A stretch of 51,298 nt of DNA from Octopus bimaculoides (GCF_001194135.2 NC_068989.1:55927817-55979114); one strand, 5' to 3'; counted from the first letter of the stretch, positions 1 through 10,589 are shown. A program made the numbers and translations. Notes: a model not told the origin generated them from the letters alone.

Positions 1-211
1 TATTTCCCAATTTTCTCAGCCAGGTCTTCATTCTAATGTATTTCATATTGCTTCAGCAGGCCTGGGACGACGGAAGCTCGACTCCCCGTCGCTGCTGCAT
101 ACGTCTTCATTTTCTCCATCTCAGCAACGCCCACCAAACAATAGTGGCGTTATACTAAAAAGAAAAAAAAATCGCAGCGAGTAATAACACGTCCGACCAG
201 TAAACTCACGG
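1..211 (-). mobile_element. 5' UTR and start of an ORF1/gag-like LINE-type element running off the window edge
   Basis: ATG at 119 reads MEKMKTYAAATGSRASVVPGLLKQYEIH*NEDLAEKIGK; the YAAA-type N-terminus is typical of LINE ORF1. It abuts a truncated SINE head at 212. Family assignment is inference. Confidence 0.5.
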
Positions 212-432
212 AGACGAAATACCGCTAAGCATTTCGCCCGGCGTGCTGACGATTCTGCCAGAAAATATTCTTTTCTATTGTAGGCATAATACCGGAATTG
301 GGGTGGGGGAGCAATTGATTAGATCGTCCCCAGTACGTAACTGGTACTTAATTTATCGACCACGAAAGGATGAAAGCAAAGTCGACCTCGGCGGAATTTG
401 AACTCAGAACGTAAAAGACAGGCGAAATACCG
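212..432 (-). mobile_element. tRNA-derived SINE family S1: head of one copy (212-261) plus body of a second copy (262-432)
   Basis: Minus strand reads ctggcagaatcgtcagcacgccgggcgaaatgcttagcggtatttcg (A box) and gttctgagttcaaattccgccgaggtcgac (B box). An uninterrupted copy lies at 49255-49470, with further copies at about 24550-24690, 25365-25530 and 26165-26340. Confidence 0.85.
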
Positions 433-2045
433 ATTTCTTTATTAGGCATAAATCCCTAAACACAGATGGGGACACCACAAGGACAGACAAGACCACAGTG
501 GAGACAAAACATAAAACGAATGTAAATGGGATGAAATTATATAATAATGAAAAAAATGAAAATGGCCACACGGGCCCCACTCCCATGCGGTACCATTTGA
601 ACCATTAAATGTACTGTCTACAATTGTTCTTTTTCCTACTCTATCATCATTATTTTCCTAAAAATAACATCAACATACTTTTTTTTTTCTTTTTCAGTAG
701 AACTTCGTCAGTGGTTCAATATCTCTTAGATCCCCACCGGCAGCAACTCCCTGAACNNNNNNNNNNNNNNNNNNNNNNNNNNNNNNNNNNNNNNNNNNNN
801 NNNNNNNNNNNNNNNNNNNNNNNNNNNNNNNNNNNNNNNNNNNNNNNNNNNNNNNNNNNNNNNNNNNNNNNNNNNNNNNNNNNNNNNNNNNNNNNNNNNN
901 NNNNNNNNNNNNNNNNNNNNNNNNNNNNNNNNNNNNNNNNNNNNNNNNNNNNNNNNNNNNNNNNNNNNNNNNNNNNNNNNNNNNNNNNNNNNNNNNNNNN
1001 NNNNNNNNNNNNNNNNNNNNNNNNNNNNNNNNNNNNNNNNNNNNNNNNNNNNNNNNNNNNNNNNNNNNNNNNNNNNNNNNNNNNNNNNNNNNNNNNNNNN
1101 NNNNNNNNNNCCCCTCCTCAACGAGTACTGCCCTCACAGCCTCCGCGCAGACGCACGAAGGCACCTTCACTCCCACCATTGAACTAAACTTAATAGTCCC
1201 CCCCTCCATTTCCACATTCTTTGGGTACGTCACATAATACCACACATCGTCTCCTCGTATCTTCCCTCCCTTATCTTGTATTTTTTCCTTCATCTATCCT
1301 AAATAATCTCTCCAACTCTCCCCCCTGCAGTTGTATTTCCGAATCCTTCTCCACTGGAACAACCGGTATCTTTACTGGTAGCTCCACTTTCTTTTTACTT
1401 TCCCTTTTTTCTTCCTTTCTACTGACCTCCATCACAGTTTCCCCTCTCACCTCATCTCCCCTCCCCCTCCGCCTCTCTGGCGAAGAACTCACTTCTCCGC
1501 TCCTCCCACCTTCCCCTCCAACCACAGTAAGTTCACCTTCCATTTCCTCCTTCGTCTCTTCCTCTGTTACCATGATCTGGTCCACACTCTCTTGTCTCTC
1601 CACCTGTCCTGCTTGTTGTACACTTTGGGCGCACCACGCCACATGTGAAACATATCGGCGGCCTTCCCTCCACAATAACTTTCAATCTTACATCTTCTTG
1701 CAGCACAATCTCATCCACCACACTGTTCAAATCCTCCGTAATTGCCTGTATAGTTAATTCGATACCATATCCCCACTAGTTTACCTTCTGGGTGCTGATA
1801 GCCTTCAAGATCTTTCCATCTTTCATATTATATGTTACTGCTGTCATCAGCCATTCTTCCTTTAATTCGGGTGGCACCCTACCCACTCGCACTTTGGCCA
1901 CACGTTTGCCGCAGTACGAAGGCAAGAGCACCCATTCTTCTGGCCTTATTGCCTCTGTGGAGTGCTTTATTGCTTCCTCCTCCGTTGTGAAGCGCACCTC
2001 CACAATGGCGTATCTCCCCCCCCCCTCGTAATGTATGTTGTAACT
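433..2045 (-). mobile_element. Degenerate ORF1 (RRM-like region plus decayed CCHC knuckle) of an L1/Tx1-type element with 3' UTR; no ORF2 visible
   Basis: ORFs 1776-2123 and 1533-1730 are in the same frame, separated by one TAG: GGGRYAIVEVRFTTEEEA...VRVGRVPPE...KVIVEGRPPICFTCG. Frameshifted acidic/basic and C-terminal parts follow, with a stop at 694 and a 3' end AATAAAGAAAT at 443-433. A 354-N gap lies at 757-1110. Confidence 0.7.
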
Positions 2046-2057
2046 CTTTTCAATTCC

Positions 2058-2415
2058 TTGATACAGTTTACTTCCCAACCACATGGTCATGGATTCGATC
2101 CCATTGTGTGGTACCTTGGGCAAGCGTCTTCTGCTCTAGCGTCAGGCTGACCAAAGCTTTGTGAGTTAATTTGGTAGACGGAAACTGAAAGAAGCCTGTT
2201 GTATATGCGTGTGTCTTTGTGTCTGTCCCGCACTACCATTTGACAACTGGTGTTGGTGTTTTTATATCCCTATAACTTAGTGGTTCAGCAAAAGAAACTG
2301 ACAGAATAAGTATCAGGCTTTAAAAGAAGCAAGTACTGAGGTCCATACGTTCAGCACAAAAATTCTTCAATCAATGCTCCAGCATGGCCACATTCAAATG
2401 ACAAGCATGAAAAAG
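2058..2415 (+). mobile_element. tRNA-derived SINE family S2
   Basis: cttcccaaccacatgg...ccttgggcaag...ttggtagacggaaactgaaagaagcc...ccagcatggccacattcaaatgac; many homologous copies in the window. Confidence 0.85.
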
Positions 2416-3724
2416 ATAATTGTAATCTACATCATCAAAACGTATGAGGATACAAAGTTGAGGTGCAGGAAATATCGCCACCCCACCCCGTTTTTACTCC
2501 TATTAAATTCTTATATAGTAACCTACACTGTCTGAAGGGTGTTTGTAGAAGCTTTCATGAAAAAAAAGCCATTTTTGCAGAAAGTCATGAAAAAAAAAAA
2601 AAAAAATTTCAATGTATCTGAATTATCCAAAACTCAATCTCACTTCTCTCCGGAAAAAAAAAAAAACATATCTCAACATATTTTGATATAACCATGATTT
2701 ACACCATCCGAAATGTATTTTTAGAAAACTGCATTAAAAATATTCATTATTCAAAAAGTTATGAGGAAACAAAGTCAGTGGAGGTACAGTTGTGTAATTG
2801 TTGTATCGTAATTGCTACGTNNNNNNNNNNNNNNNNNNNNNNNNNNNNNNNNNNNNNNNNNNNNNNNNNNNNNNNNNNNNNNNNNNNNNNNNNNNNNNNN
2901 NNNNNNNNNNNNNNNNNNNNNNNNNNNNNNNNNNNNNNNNNNNNNNNNNNNNNNNNNNNNNNNNNNNNNNNNNNNNNNNNNNNNNNNNNNNNNNNNNNNN
3001 NNNNNNNNNNNNNNNNNNNNNNNNNNNNNNNNNNNNNNNNNNNNNNNNNNNNNNNNNNNNNNNNNNNNNNNNNNNNNNNNNNNNNNNNNNNNNNNNNNNN
3101 NNNNNNNNNNNNNNNNNNNNNNNNNNNNNNNNNNNNNNNNNNNNNNNNNNNNNNNNNNNNNNNNNNNNNNNNNNNNNNNNNNNNNNNNNNNNNNNNNNNN
3201 NNNNNNNNNNNNNNNNNNNNNNNNNNNNNNNNNNNNNNNNNNNNNNNNNNNNNNNNNNNNNNNNNNNNNNNNNNNNNNNNNNNNNNNNNNNNNNNNNNNN
3301 NNNNNNNNNNNNNNNNNNNNNNNNNNNNNNNNNNNNNNNNNNNNNNNNNNNNNNNNNNNNNNNNNNNNNNNNNNNNNNNNNNNNNNNNNNNNNNNNNNNN
3401 NNNNNNNNNNNNNNNNNNNNNNNNNNNNNNNNNNNNNNNNNNNNNNNNNNNNNNNNNNNNNNNNNNNNNNNNNNNNNNNNNNNNNNNNNNNNNNNNNNNN
3501 NNNNNNNNNNNNNNNNNNNNNNNNNNNNNNNNNNNNNNNNNNNNNNNNNNNNNNNNNNNNNNNNNNNNNNNNNNNNNNNNNNNNNNNNNNNNNNNNNNNN
3601 NNNNNNNNNNNNNNNNNNNNNNNNNNNNNNNNNNNNNNNNNNNNNNNNNNNNNNNNNNNNNNNNNNNNNNNNNNNNNNNNNNNNNNNNNNNNNNNNNNAC
3701 CACAAAATTTTTTGGAAATATTTT

Positions 3725-3844
3725 CAGAATCATAATCTCCGTATTTTTCCACATATTTTGAAAAAAAAAAAAGAAAATTTTCAAATAAAAAATTTTCAAA
3801 AGTTTTTGGAAATTTTTTTTCTCAGAATCATAATCTCCGTATTT
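3725..3844. repeat. Direct repeat with 98-bp period next to a gap
   Basis: cagaatcataatctccgtattt at 3725 and 3823, with similar A/T-tract flanks. Confidence 0.75.
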
Positions 3845-3914
3845 GGAAACGTTGTGTAGAGAAGTTGTGTAAAAAAAAAAAATTTTTTTAAAGGGGTGTT
3901 TTTGGGGGGGAGGG

Positions 3915-4555
3915 GGGATACAAAAGGAAGTCTTACCCACCACGTGCCCAAGATGCGAGCAGGACAGGGAAACCGTTCTGCACACGATTGTGCAATGCCC
4001 CAAAATTTCCGAAATGTGGGTTTACGTTGAACACTTGGTGTCATAGCTGAGAAGAGTACAACTGTTTTCCGAGTCGATTGTAAAGATTGTTCCTTTAACA
4101 AAGAGGGCAAGGCTTGTTTTCTCACTGTGGTCGCTTTAGCGAAAGAAGTGGTATGGAAGACCCACGTGAAAGGAATCATGACAGGCATCTTCATCTCCAG
4201 CCTTGGACTGGTTAATTTCTTCATTTACCACCTAAAGAGGAAAATAAGGGTGGTGAGAAAATGCCTGTCATCTGATGTATATGGAAGAAGATGGAAGGCT
4301 GTAGTGAGTTTGTTGAGAATGAATGAAACCGCATAGTATATCCATAAGGTTTTACAAAAGGTTACAGTGGTGGCGCGGGGCTTGCCGGGGTCGAAGCGAA
4401 ACCTCTCCCCCATTTCATTGTATATGTTATTGTTTGTTATCCGATTTATATTAATTTTTAACTATTCATCTTTTGTAAAATCATTCGTTTTATCGACCCC
4501 TCCCTCATTTGTATCGTTTCCTCTACGTTTGGCCCCCTGTGGGCAATAAAGAAAT
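3915..4555 (+). mobile_element. 3' fragment of an L1/Tx1-clade LINE ORF2 (zf-RVT CCHC region) with 3' UTR
   Basis: Translates CPRCEQDRETVLHTIVQCPKISEMW, then after a stop and frameshift VALAKEVVWK...RRWKAVVSLLRMNETA* (stop 4336). It ends AATAAAGAAAT at 4545-4555. Confidence 0.85.
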
Positions 4556-4599
4556 AGTTGTACTGGTAATTGTTCAATTTAGCAATATAAAAGAGTAAA

Positions 4600-4830
4600 T
4601 AAAATTAAGGAGGAGAAAGTGGTAAAAGAAGCAAAGGGACATTGAGTAATTGGTGGCATAGAGAGAGTCTCGAGAAAGTGTATTTTGGCAGAAGTACCTA
4701 ACAGAAGAAACTTTAACTGAGCTGATACAAAGGTGGATTTTGCTTGGGTCTCACATAGTCAGCGATGGATGGGGAACATATAATAACATCGGTATCCTCA
4801 ATGGTGGTGCCTACACGCACGAGGTGATTA
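4600..4830 (+). mobile_element. Merlin (IS1016/ISXO2-like) DDE transposase fragment
   Basis: KGH*VIGGIERVSRKCILAEVPNRR, frameshift, ETLTELIQRWILLGSHIVSDGWGTYNNI...YTHEVIIH. This matches the Merlin core WVFGGIER...V.NR...TL...I...I.PG..I.SD.W.AY. Confidence 0.8.
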
Positions 4831-4969
4831 TACACCTGTAGGGGAAGTGGACATACGCCATCCTGTGTATTCCAATTCCGTACATTAAATTTCTTAAGGA
4901 AGAAAACGGAAGGCAGACTCTAAACTAAACAGCACAACAAATATTTTATTACAGCAGAAACCTGCTCAC

Positions 4970-5041
4970 ACTAGGATTCCGTAGCATGTCGCCTTTTGGT
5001 GAGATGAGACGTCGTCTTGAAGTCGCGTGGTTGGAAGTCAT
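4970..5041 (-). CDS. Candidate first coding exon of an unidentified host gene running leftwards (MTSNHATSRRRLISPKGDMLRNPS)
   Basis: AAAAATG start context, 24 open codons and a phase-0 donor GTGAGC at 4969-4964, downstream of a CpG-rich patch. No homology recognised. Confidence 0.3.
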
Positions 5042-5089
5042 TTTTCTCCTCTCTGGTTATCTATGTGGATCCATTCTAGAGTTGACGGA

Positions 5090-5320
5090 GAGCTGCTATT
5101 GCGACGTCTAGCTTCCACGAAATCCAGCGAGCAAAAGAGATTTAAAAAACGCAGGAACGCTTGGATATTGGATGACCACGCATGCGCATGAGGGACTTCC
5201 TGCATTCCTTCCGGAAGACTAGTCCCTCCGCATGCGTGGATAAACTCTCCGAAATGGTGACTGGTATAAATCGTCAATACACACCAATAACAGTCTTTAT
5301 GCTGTATAAAAAGCAAGCTG
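5090..5320. promoter_or_regulatory. CpG-rich promoter-like region with NRF1-like (CGCATGCG, twice) and ETS-like (CCGGAAG) motifs in a dyad
   Basis: ccacgcatgcgcatgagggact...ttccggaagactagtccctccgcatgcgtgg at about 5176-5240; CpG density is visibly higher than in most of the window. Confidence 0.4.
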
Positions 5321-5369
5321 CTTTTTTTACTAATAAACTCCCCTTAATTTCATTTACTTTATTGGCTAT

Positions 5370-6335
5370 CTTTCGTTTTTAGTACAATTGACGTCACTTA
5401 TAAAGCACGTTCTTTTGTTTGTGTTTCTGAAAAAGATCGTCGCTTTCCGTAAAATTGAAATTTTTTTTTACTTATGTGGGGCAACGGGGGACTTATTTTT
5501 TGAAGTCGGCGTAAAGCGAAAGAGAAAGAGTGCAATTGATGTGTGTGTGAGACAGAAAGTGTGGTGTGTATGTGAAGTTGTTTTGTTAGTGTGTGTGTAT
5601 ATATGTGTGTGAAGAGAGACAGAGAGGCAATGGATATATGTGTGTTCATGGGGTTTGCCAGACAGAAAGTGTGTGTATGTGAAGGTGTTTTGCTGGTGTG
5701 TGTATGTGAAGGTGTTTTGCTGGTGTGTGTATGTGAAGGTGTTTTGCTGGTGTGTGTGTGTGATTGAGAGAGAGAGATAACTGAAATTATTTTAATTATT
5801 TACTTTTTGTAGTGAGTGAATGTATGAGTGATCGACAGAGAAAAAGAGAGAGAGGTTGTTATGTATGTATGTGTAAATGGCTAGCTTCAGGGACACACAT
5901 AAAAAAAAAACACATACGTACATACACCTATTGCATGCGTGTTTTTTGTATGGAATACATGTTCATGTGCATGTGAGGGTGGGTGGGAGAGAGAGAGAAG
6001 GTATTTTTCTGTTTTTGCTTGTTGTTTGCATCTATGTTGCCTCTGTGTCTCTCTTTACACACACATACAAACAAAACAACTTCACAAACACACCACACTT
6101 TCTGTCTCGCACACCCCATCAACACACATACACACCCACACACACATCACTTGCTCTCTCTCTCTCTCTCTCACTCTCTCTTTCGCTTTACGCCGACTTC
6201 AAAAGATAAGTCCCCTCTTCCCCCACATAACTAAAAAAAATAGATTTTTTTTTACAGAAAGCAACGATCTTTTTCAGATACATAAACAAAAGCACGTGCT
6301 TTATAAGTGACATAAATTGTACTAAAAACAAAAAA
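5370..6335. mobile_element. Foldback/MITE-like element with ~270-bp imperfect terminal inverted repeats and a microsatellite interior
   Basis: gtttttagtacaattgacgtcacttataaagcacg...gaagtcggcgtaaagcgaaag is the reverse complement of ctttcgctttacgccgacttc...cgtgctttataagtgacataaattgtactaaaaac. The interior holds 3 copies of a 27-bp unit (5681, 5708, 5735). No TSD identified. Confidence 0.75.
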
Positions 6336-6499
6336 ATTTGCCCAGCCGAACCGACACCTTCCAACTTTACTGCGGACTAACACGAACTTCACTCAACTCC
6401 AAACATTTTCTTCATTTGTCTACTAGGCCTGTAATTTGAAGAGCACCCAGTCACTTTCCTCCAAATTTGCAACAAACATTAATCAGGCTCCTCGAATTA

Positions 6500-6618
6500 C
6501 TCTTTTACTTGTTTCAGTCATTTGACTGTGGCCATGCTGGAGCACCACCTTTAGTCGAGCAAATCGACCCCAGGACTAATTCTTTGTAAGCCTAGTACTT
6601 ATCCTATCGCTTTCTTTT
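6500..6618 (-). mobile_element. SINE S2 3' part
   Basis: tcttttacttgtttcagtcatttgactgtggccatgctggagcacc..., running into a gap. Confidence 0.85.
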
Positions 6619-6788
6619 NNNNNNNNNNNNNNNNNNNNNNNNNNNNNNNNNNNNNNNNNNNNNNNNNNNNNNNNNNNNNNNNNNNNNNNNNNNNNNNNNN
6701 NNNNNNNNNNNNNNNNNNNNNNNNNNNNNNNNNNNNNNNNNNNNNNNNNNNNNNNNNNNNNNNNNNNNNNNNNNNNNNNNNNNNNNNN

Positions 6789-7070
6789 CAGATCCTGGAT
6801 TTCTGGCTTTGCATAAGAAATGCTTTACCTCATCAGTGGAATACACACAAAATAGTACATAAATACAAATATATATATATATACAACATATGAATACTTA
6901 CATATATGCACGTATACACACATATATATGCCCATATGTGTGTATACGTGCATATATGTAAGTATTCATATGTTGTATATATATATATATTTGTATTTAT
7001 GTACTATTTTGTGTGTATTCCACTGATGAGGTAAAGCATTTCTTATGCAAAGCCAGAAATCCAGGATCTG
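6789..7070. repeat. Perfect palindrome with 137-bp arms (6789-6925 / 6934-7070) and an 8-nt spacer
   Basis: The arms are exact reverse complements; the left arm starts at a gap edge. Confidence 0.95.
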
Positions 7071-7074
7071 GAAT
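7017..7074 (+). ncRNA. Minimal type I hammerhead ribozyme-like motif (mirror copy on the minus strand in the left arm)
   Basis: Stem I ATTCCA(7017-7022)/TGGAAT(7069-7074); core CTGATGA (7023-7029); stem II GGT-AAA-GCAT-TTCTT-ATGC-AAA-GCC plus one extra A; GAAA (7056-7059); palindromic stem III ATCCAGGAT; AUC cleavage triplet at 7066-7068. Confidence 0.65.
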
Positions 7075-7137
7075 TATCCAATAATTTTTTGCTAGTTTAT
7101 TTTGTCTCTTTGTCTTCTCTCTTGGTGCTGTATGAAC

Positions 7138-7460
7138 ATTTTATGGAGTTTCTACCTACGCCTTTTCTACAGATAGAGCAAGGCCATCTACCTGAAGGGA
7201 TTTGTGGTTTGTCTGCCTTCCTACTTATTTGGACTTTGGTTTTAGCTAGGTTGACTCTAAGGACCTTCGATTCTAATCCTTGCTTCCACACCTGAAACTT
7301 TTCCTCTAGTTCTGATAGTGACTCAGCAATTAGAGCAAGATCATCAGCATAGAGGAGCTCCCAGGGGCATCCTGTCTTGAATTCTTCTGTTATTGCCTGG
7401 AGGACTATGATGAATAAGAGGGAGCTGAGGACTGAACCTTGATGGACCCCTACCCCTACC
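7138..7460 (-). mobile_element. RTE-clade LINE reverse transcriptase fragment
   Basis: VGVHQGSVLSSLLFIIVLQAITEEFKTGCPWELLYADDLALIAES...RVNLAKTK...WPCSICRKGVGRNSIKC (QGS and YADD motifs). Confidence 0.9.
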
Positions 7461-8805
7461 CAACAAACCTTTTGTTAATGAAAGTTGGGATGCATGGCAT
7501 TCAGTTATTCCATAAATGAAAAATGCATTAAATACAACAAACCGTAGATGTAGGACAGACACCAGGACCCTAATTTTTCATCAGTTATCTACCGAAAATA
7601 TTAATACCCAGTTTCACGCCTTTAGCAATAAAACTAGGAACTTTGTATATGTGTAGCATCCAAAAGATTTGTATAGAATTAGGGCTTGAGCAAACAAAAT
7701 AATACAGGGTGGACGTACAGAAGTAAAGAATTGTAATTTGAAATGATAGATGAAGGCAAGAAATAAATGAAGCCTTAGGGTTAAGCATGAGAATGGTGGA
7801 TTAACTCCTGAAAGAAATCCTCAAATGTATATAAAAACAAATAGTAAGAGAGTATATATATTGTAAGAGAGGATACACATGCACACACACACACACACAC
7901 ATATGAGAGAAAACATACAAACCACAAAATATAGACACACAAATTCATAGGGGCAAATATTATCTTTCTTATACACTTATTTCCGTATATACAACCAGTG
8001 TTTTGAAAGAAACTGACAAAAAAAAAAAAAAACGAGAGAAAAAATGGATTAGGATTTGTAAGAGCATGGTAGAGGCTTCAGTTCTATTCATCTGACCTCA
8101 TTGATCCATAAACATGGTATCCTACAGTTTGAGGTCAGAGGTTTAAGAAGTACTCCATATACTTGAGGTTGAGGTTTATATTGTATTTCTTATTTGAATG
8201 GTTTTCATTAAAACCACCAACAGAAGTTTCCTGTGTCGCTTTATTTCATGTTTACTTTAACATAGAATATCAATTTGGACTAAGATACTGCCAATTTTCT
8301 TTAATTACATTTTATTTATCAATTCATTTATTCATGTATTTTTTGTTATTTTTCAGAAAAAATAAAGTGAGATTGGTATCATTTGCAGCCATTGCTTTAC
8401 AGTACTGCTTAATTAATTTAGTCGGGTAGAGTTAGTGCATAGTGTAGTTAGAACAATTTATAACCAGGAGCAATATAGTAGCAAAAATGTCTATCTCTCT
8501 GATAAATCTAAGCTGATGTGCATAAATGTATAGACAGACAGATAGACAAACTGACAGTGAAAAACAGACAGTTAGACAAATGGTGGAGGAACAAATGAGC
8601 ACACAGGTTAATAGATAGACAGAGACAGACAGACAGTCAGAGATAAATTAGACAGATAGATAGATAGATACATACATACATAAACCAGACAGGCAGACAG
8701 ATAGGCTGTTTGATAGACAGATAGATAGATGTATACACAAAAAAGTTATTGCACATACACATTCCTATACTTCAGTGTGTATACTCATTACCTATGTACA
8801 AATAT

Positions 8806-9195
8806 ACTCTTTTACTTGTTTTAGTCATTTGACTGTGGTCATGCTGGAGCACCACCTTTAGTCAAGCAAATCAACCCCAGGATTTATTCTTTGTAAGCCT
8901 AGTACTTATTCTATCGGTCTCTTTTGCCAAACCGCGAAGTTACGGGGACGTAAACACACCACCATCGGTTGTCAAACGATGTTGGAGGGACAAACACAGA
9001 CACACACATACACATACACATACATACATATATACGACGGGCTTCTTTCAGTTTCCGTCTACCAAATCCACTCACAAGGCTTTGGTCGGCCCGAGGCTAT
9101 AGTAGAAGATACTTGCCCAAGGTGCCACACAGTGGGAATGAACCTGGAACCGTGTGGTTGGTAAGCAAGCTACTTACCACACAGCCACTCCTGTG
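8806..9195 (-). mobile_element. Near full-length SINE S2
   Basis: The tail, central CA/TA tract and tRNA-like head (ggtaagcaagctacttaccac) are all present. Confidence 0.9.
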
Positions 9196-9724
9196 CCTAT
9201 CTACACATACAATAACATAAATACTTACATTAACTCACATATTCACAAATCTCTGGAATTGTCTTGATTCAAGCTGAATAGCCTTTTGAATTTGTAACCA
9301 ACCTGGATTCTGCAAATCTCAAAGGAAAACATGCATACATATTATGGAGGTTCGCTTGTGTCCGAGTACAACAAATTCTTAAGAATTTGTAAGTTACTTG
9401 GAAGTCACCATGGAAGCCTGCAAAGAGAGGACAATCAGCAGCCATGGGTTTGCTGACCAGTTCCTGAATTAGGCAAGCTTTGTCTAGAATATCTTTTATG
9501 TCCTTCCTGATTTGCAGGTAAGCAGTGTTATCTTTGGAATGGCCTTCTCGGTTACTCTAGATGCTACCAAATTCCTCCATTTCCATAATTTGAGGAAAAA
9601 AAAACAACCTATCCCAAGAGGTTTCGGTGCAGATTTGCAATTGTATGTTTCATTGCTCTCCATTACCACAGAACTTTTTATCTGTGAGTTTTCCAAGATG
9701 TTCCTGTGTATGAAGTTAATTATA

Positions 9725-9945
9725 GTGAGTTAAGTATGCAGAATTGCACTTCACTCAGAGAGAGAGAATCACTTTGTTGCTTGCAGAAGTAAACTTGTTT
9801 TTCCTCTGTCTTTCCTCTGGTTACTATGTTTTCAGAGTACCAACTTCCACTGCTAATTTCATCCCCTAGGAGACAGAAACTATCAACAACTTCTAGGGAG
9901 CCTTACCAGTACTTGAAGGAATTTATATCTCAAGTGCAGACTTAC
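9725..9945 (-). mobile_element. Highly decayed RTE ORF fragment
   Basis: GSLEVVDSFCLLGDEISSGS..., similar to the RTE post-RT motif LEVVDSF.YLGD.ISS.G. Confidence 0.6.
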
Positions 9946-10589
9946 AGCTAAATACTCTTGTGAATCTCCCTTATATGAGGTCTTCTATCTCTGTCATCTT
10001 GCTTGTGATCACACTACATCACTTGTGCATCCATAGTTTACATTTGGGACCCTATAAGGAATTACTACCTACTCCTCTTCTACATATCAGACATGATCAT
10101 ATCCTAGTTGGCTGTAGAGTCCTATCTTCTTTTTTTTAACTAAAGCATTTGTCTTTGTTGGGTTTACTTTGAGACTGCTCAATTCTACAGTTGTTTCCAC
10201 ATTTGGAATTTCTTTCACACAAGGTATGAGGAGAAGTAGAGACAGACAAGTAGGTTAGGAGTATGTGAGGGGAGGTGTAGTCATAGTAGTAGTAGGAAAA
10301 AACAAAGAAACCTGTGGCTGGTGAGTTTCCTAAGTTAGTGTTTCAGATGGTCATGTCATTACAGAACTCCAACAGATTTTCACCCTCCTCATTCTTCATA
10401 CTTTATCAATAAGCTTCATGTATGTCAAAGAAGTGATTATGGTGTTGTCCAACATTAAATCTCCTTATCATGGTTGTAGTTATTCATTACTGAACTGGTC
10501 TACTAGATGACCCCCATAGACATAGTCCTTTTGTTCATCTGTCAGCCCTTAGGTCTCTCTTACTATCTTGTTGTGTATGATGAGTCTAA

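Noticed and set aside
212-261. tRNA-like heads here and at about 21550-21620 and 26575-26640
   Set aside because: They are SINE 5' regions without a complete cloverleaf, so not called as tRNA genes
2694-4003. Long ORFs in the track that span N-runs (also at 30480-32097, 40861-41637, 44433-45289, 49943-50734)
   Set aside because: They are open only because gaps and dinucleotide repeats contain no stop codons
4545-4575. Whether the ORF2-bearing Tx1-like copy shares the SINE target site
   Set aside because: Its 3' flank (AGTTGTACTGG) does not match CGGTATTTCG, so it gives no support for targeting
9269-9556. 95-codon stop-free frame on the minus strand
   Set aside because: No start, splice signals or recognisable motif; several frames of this length are expected by chance in a window this size
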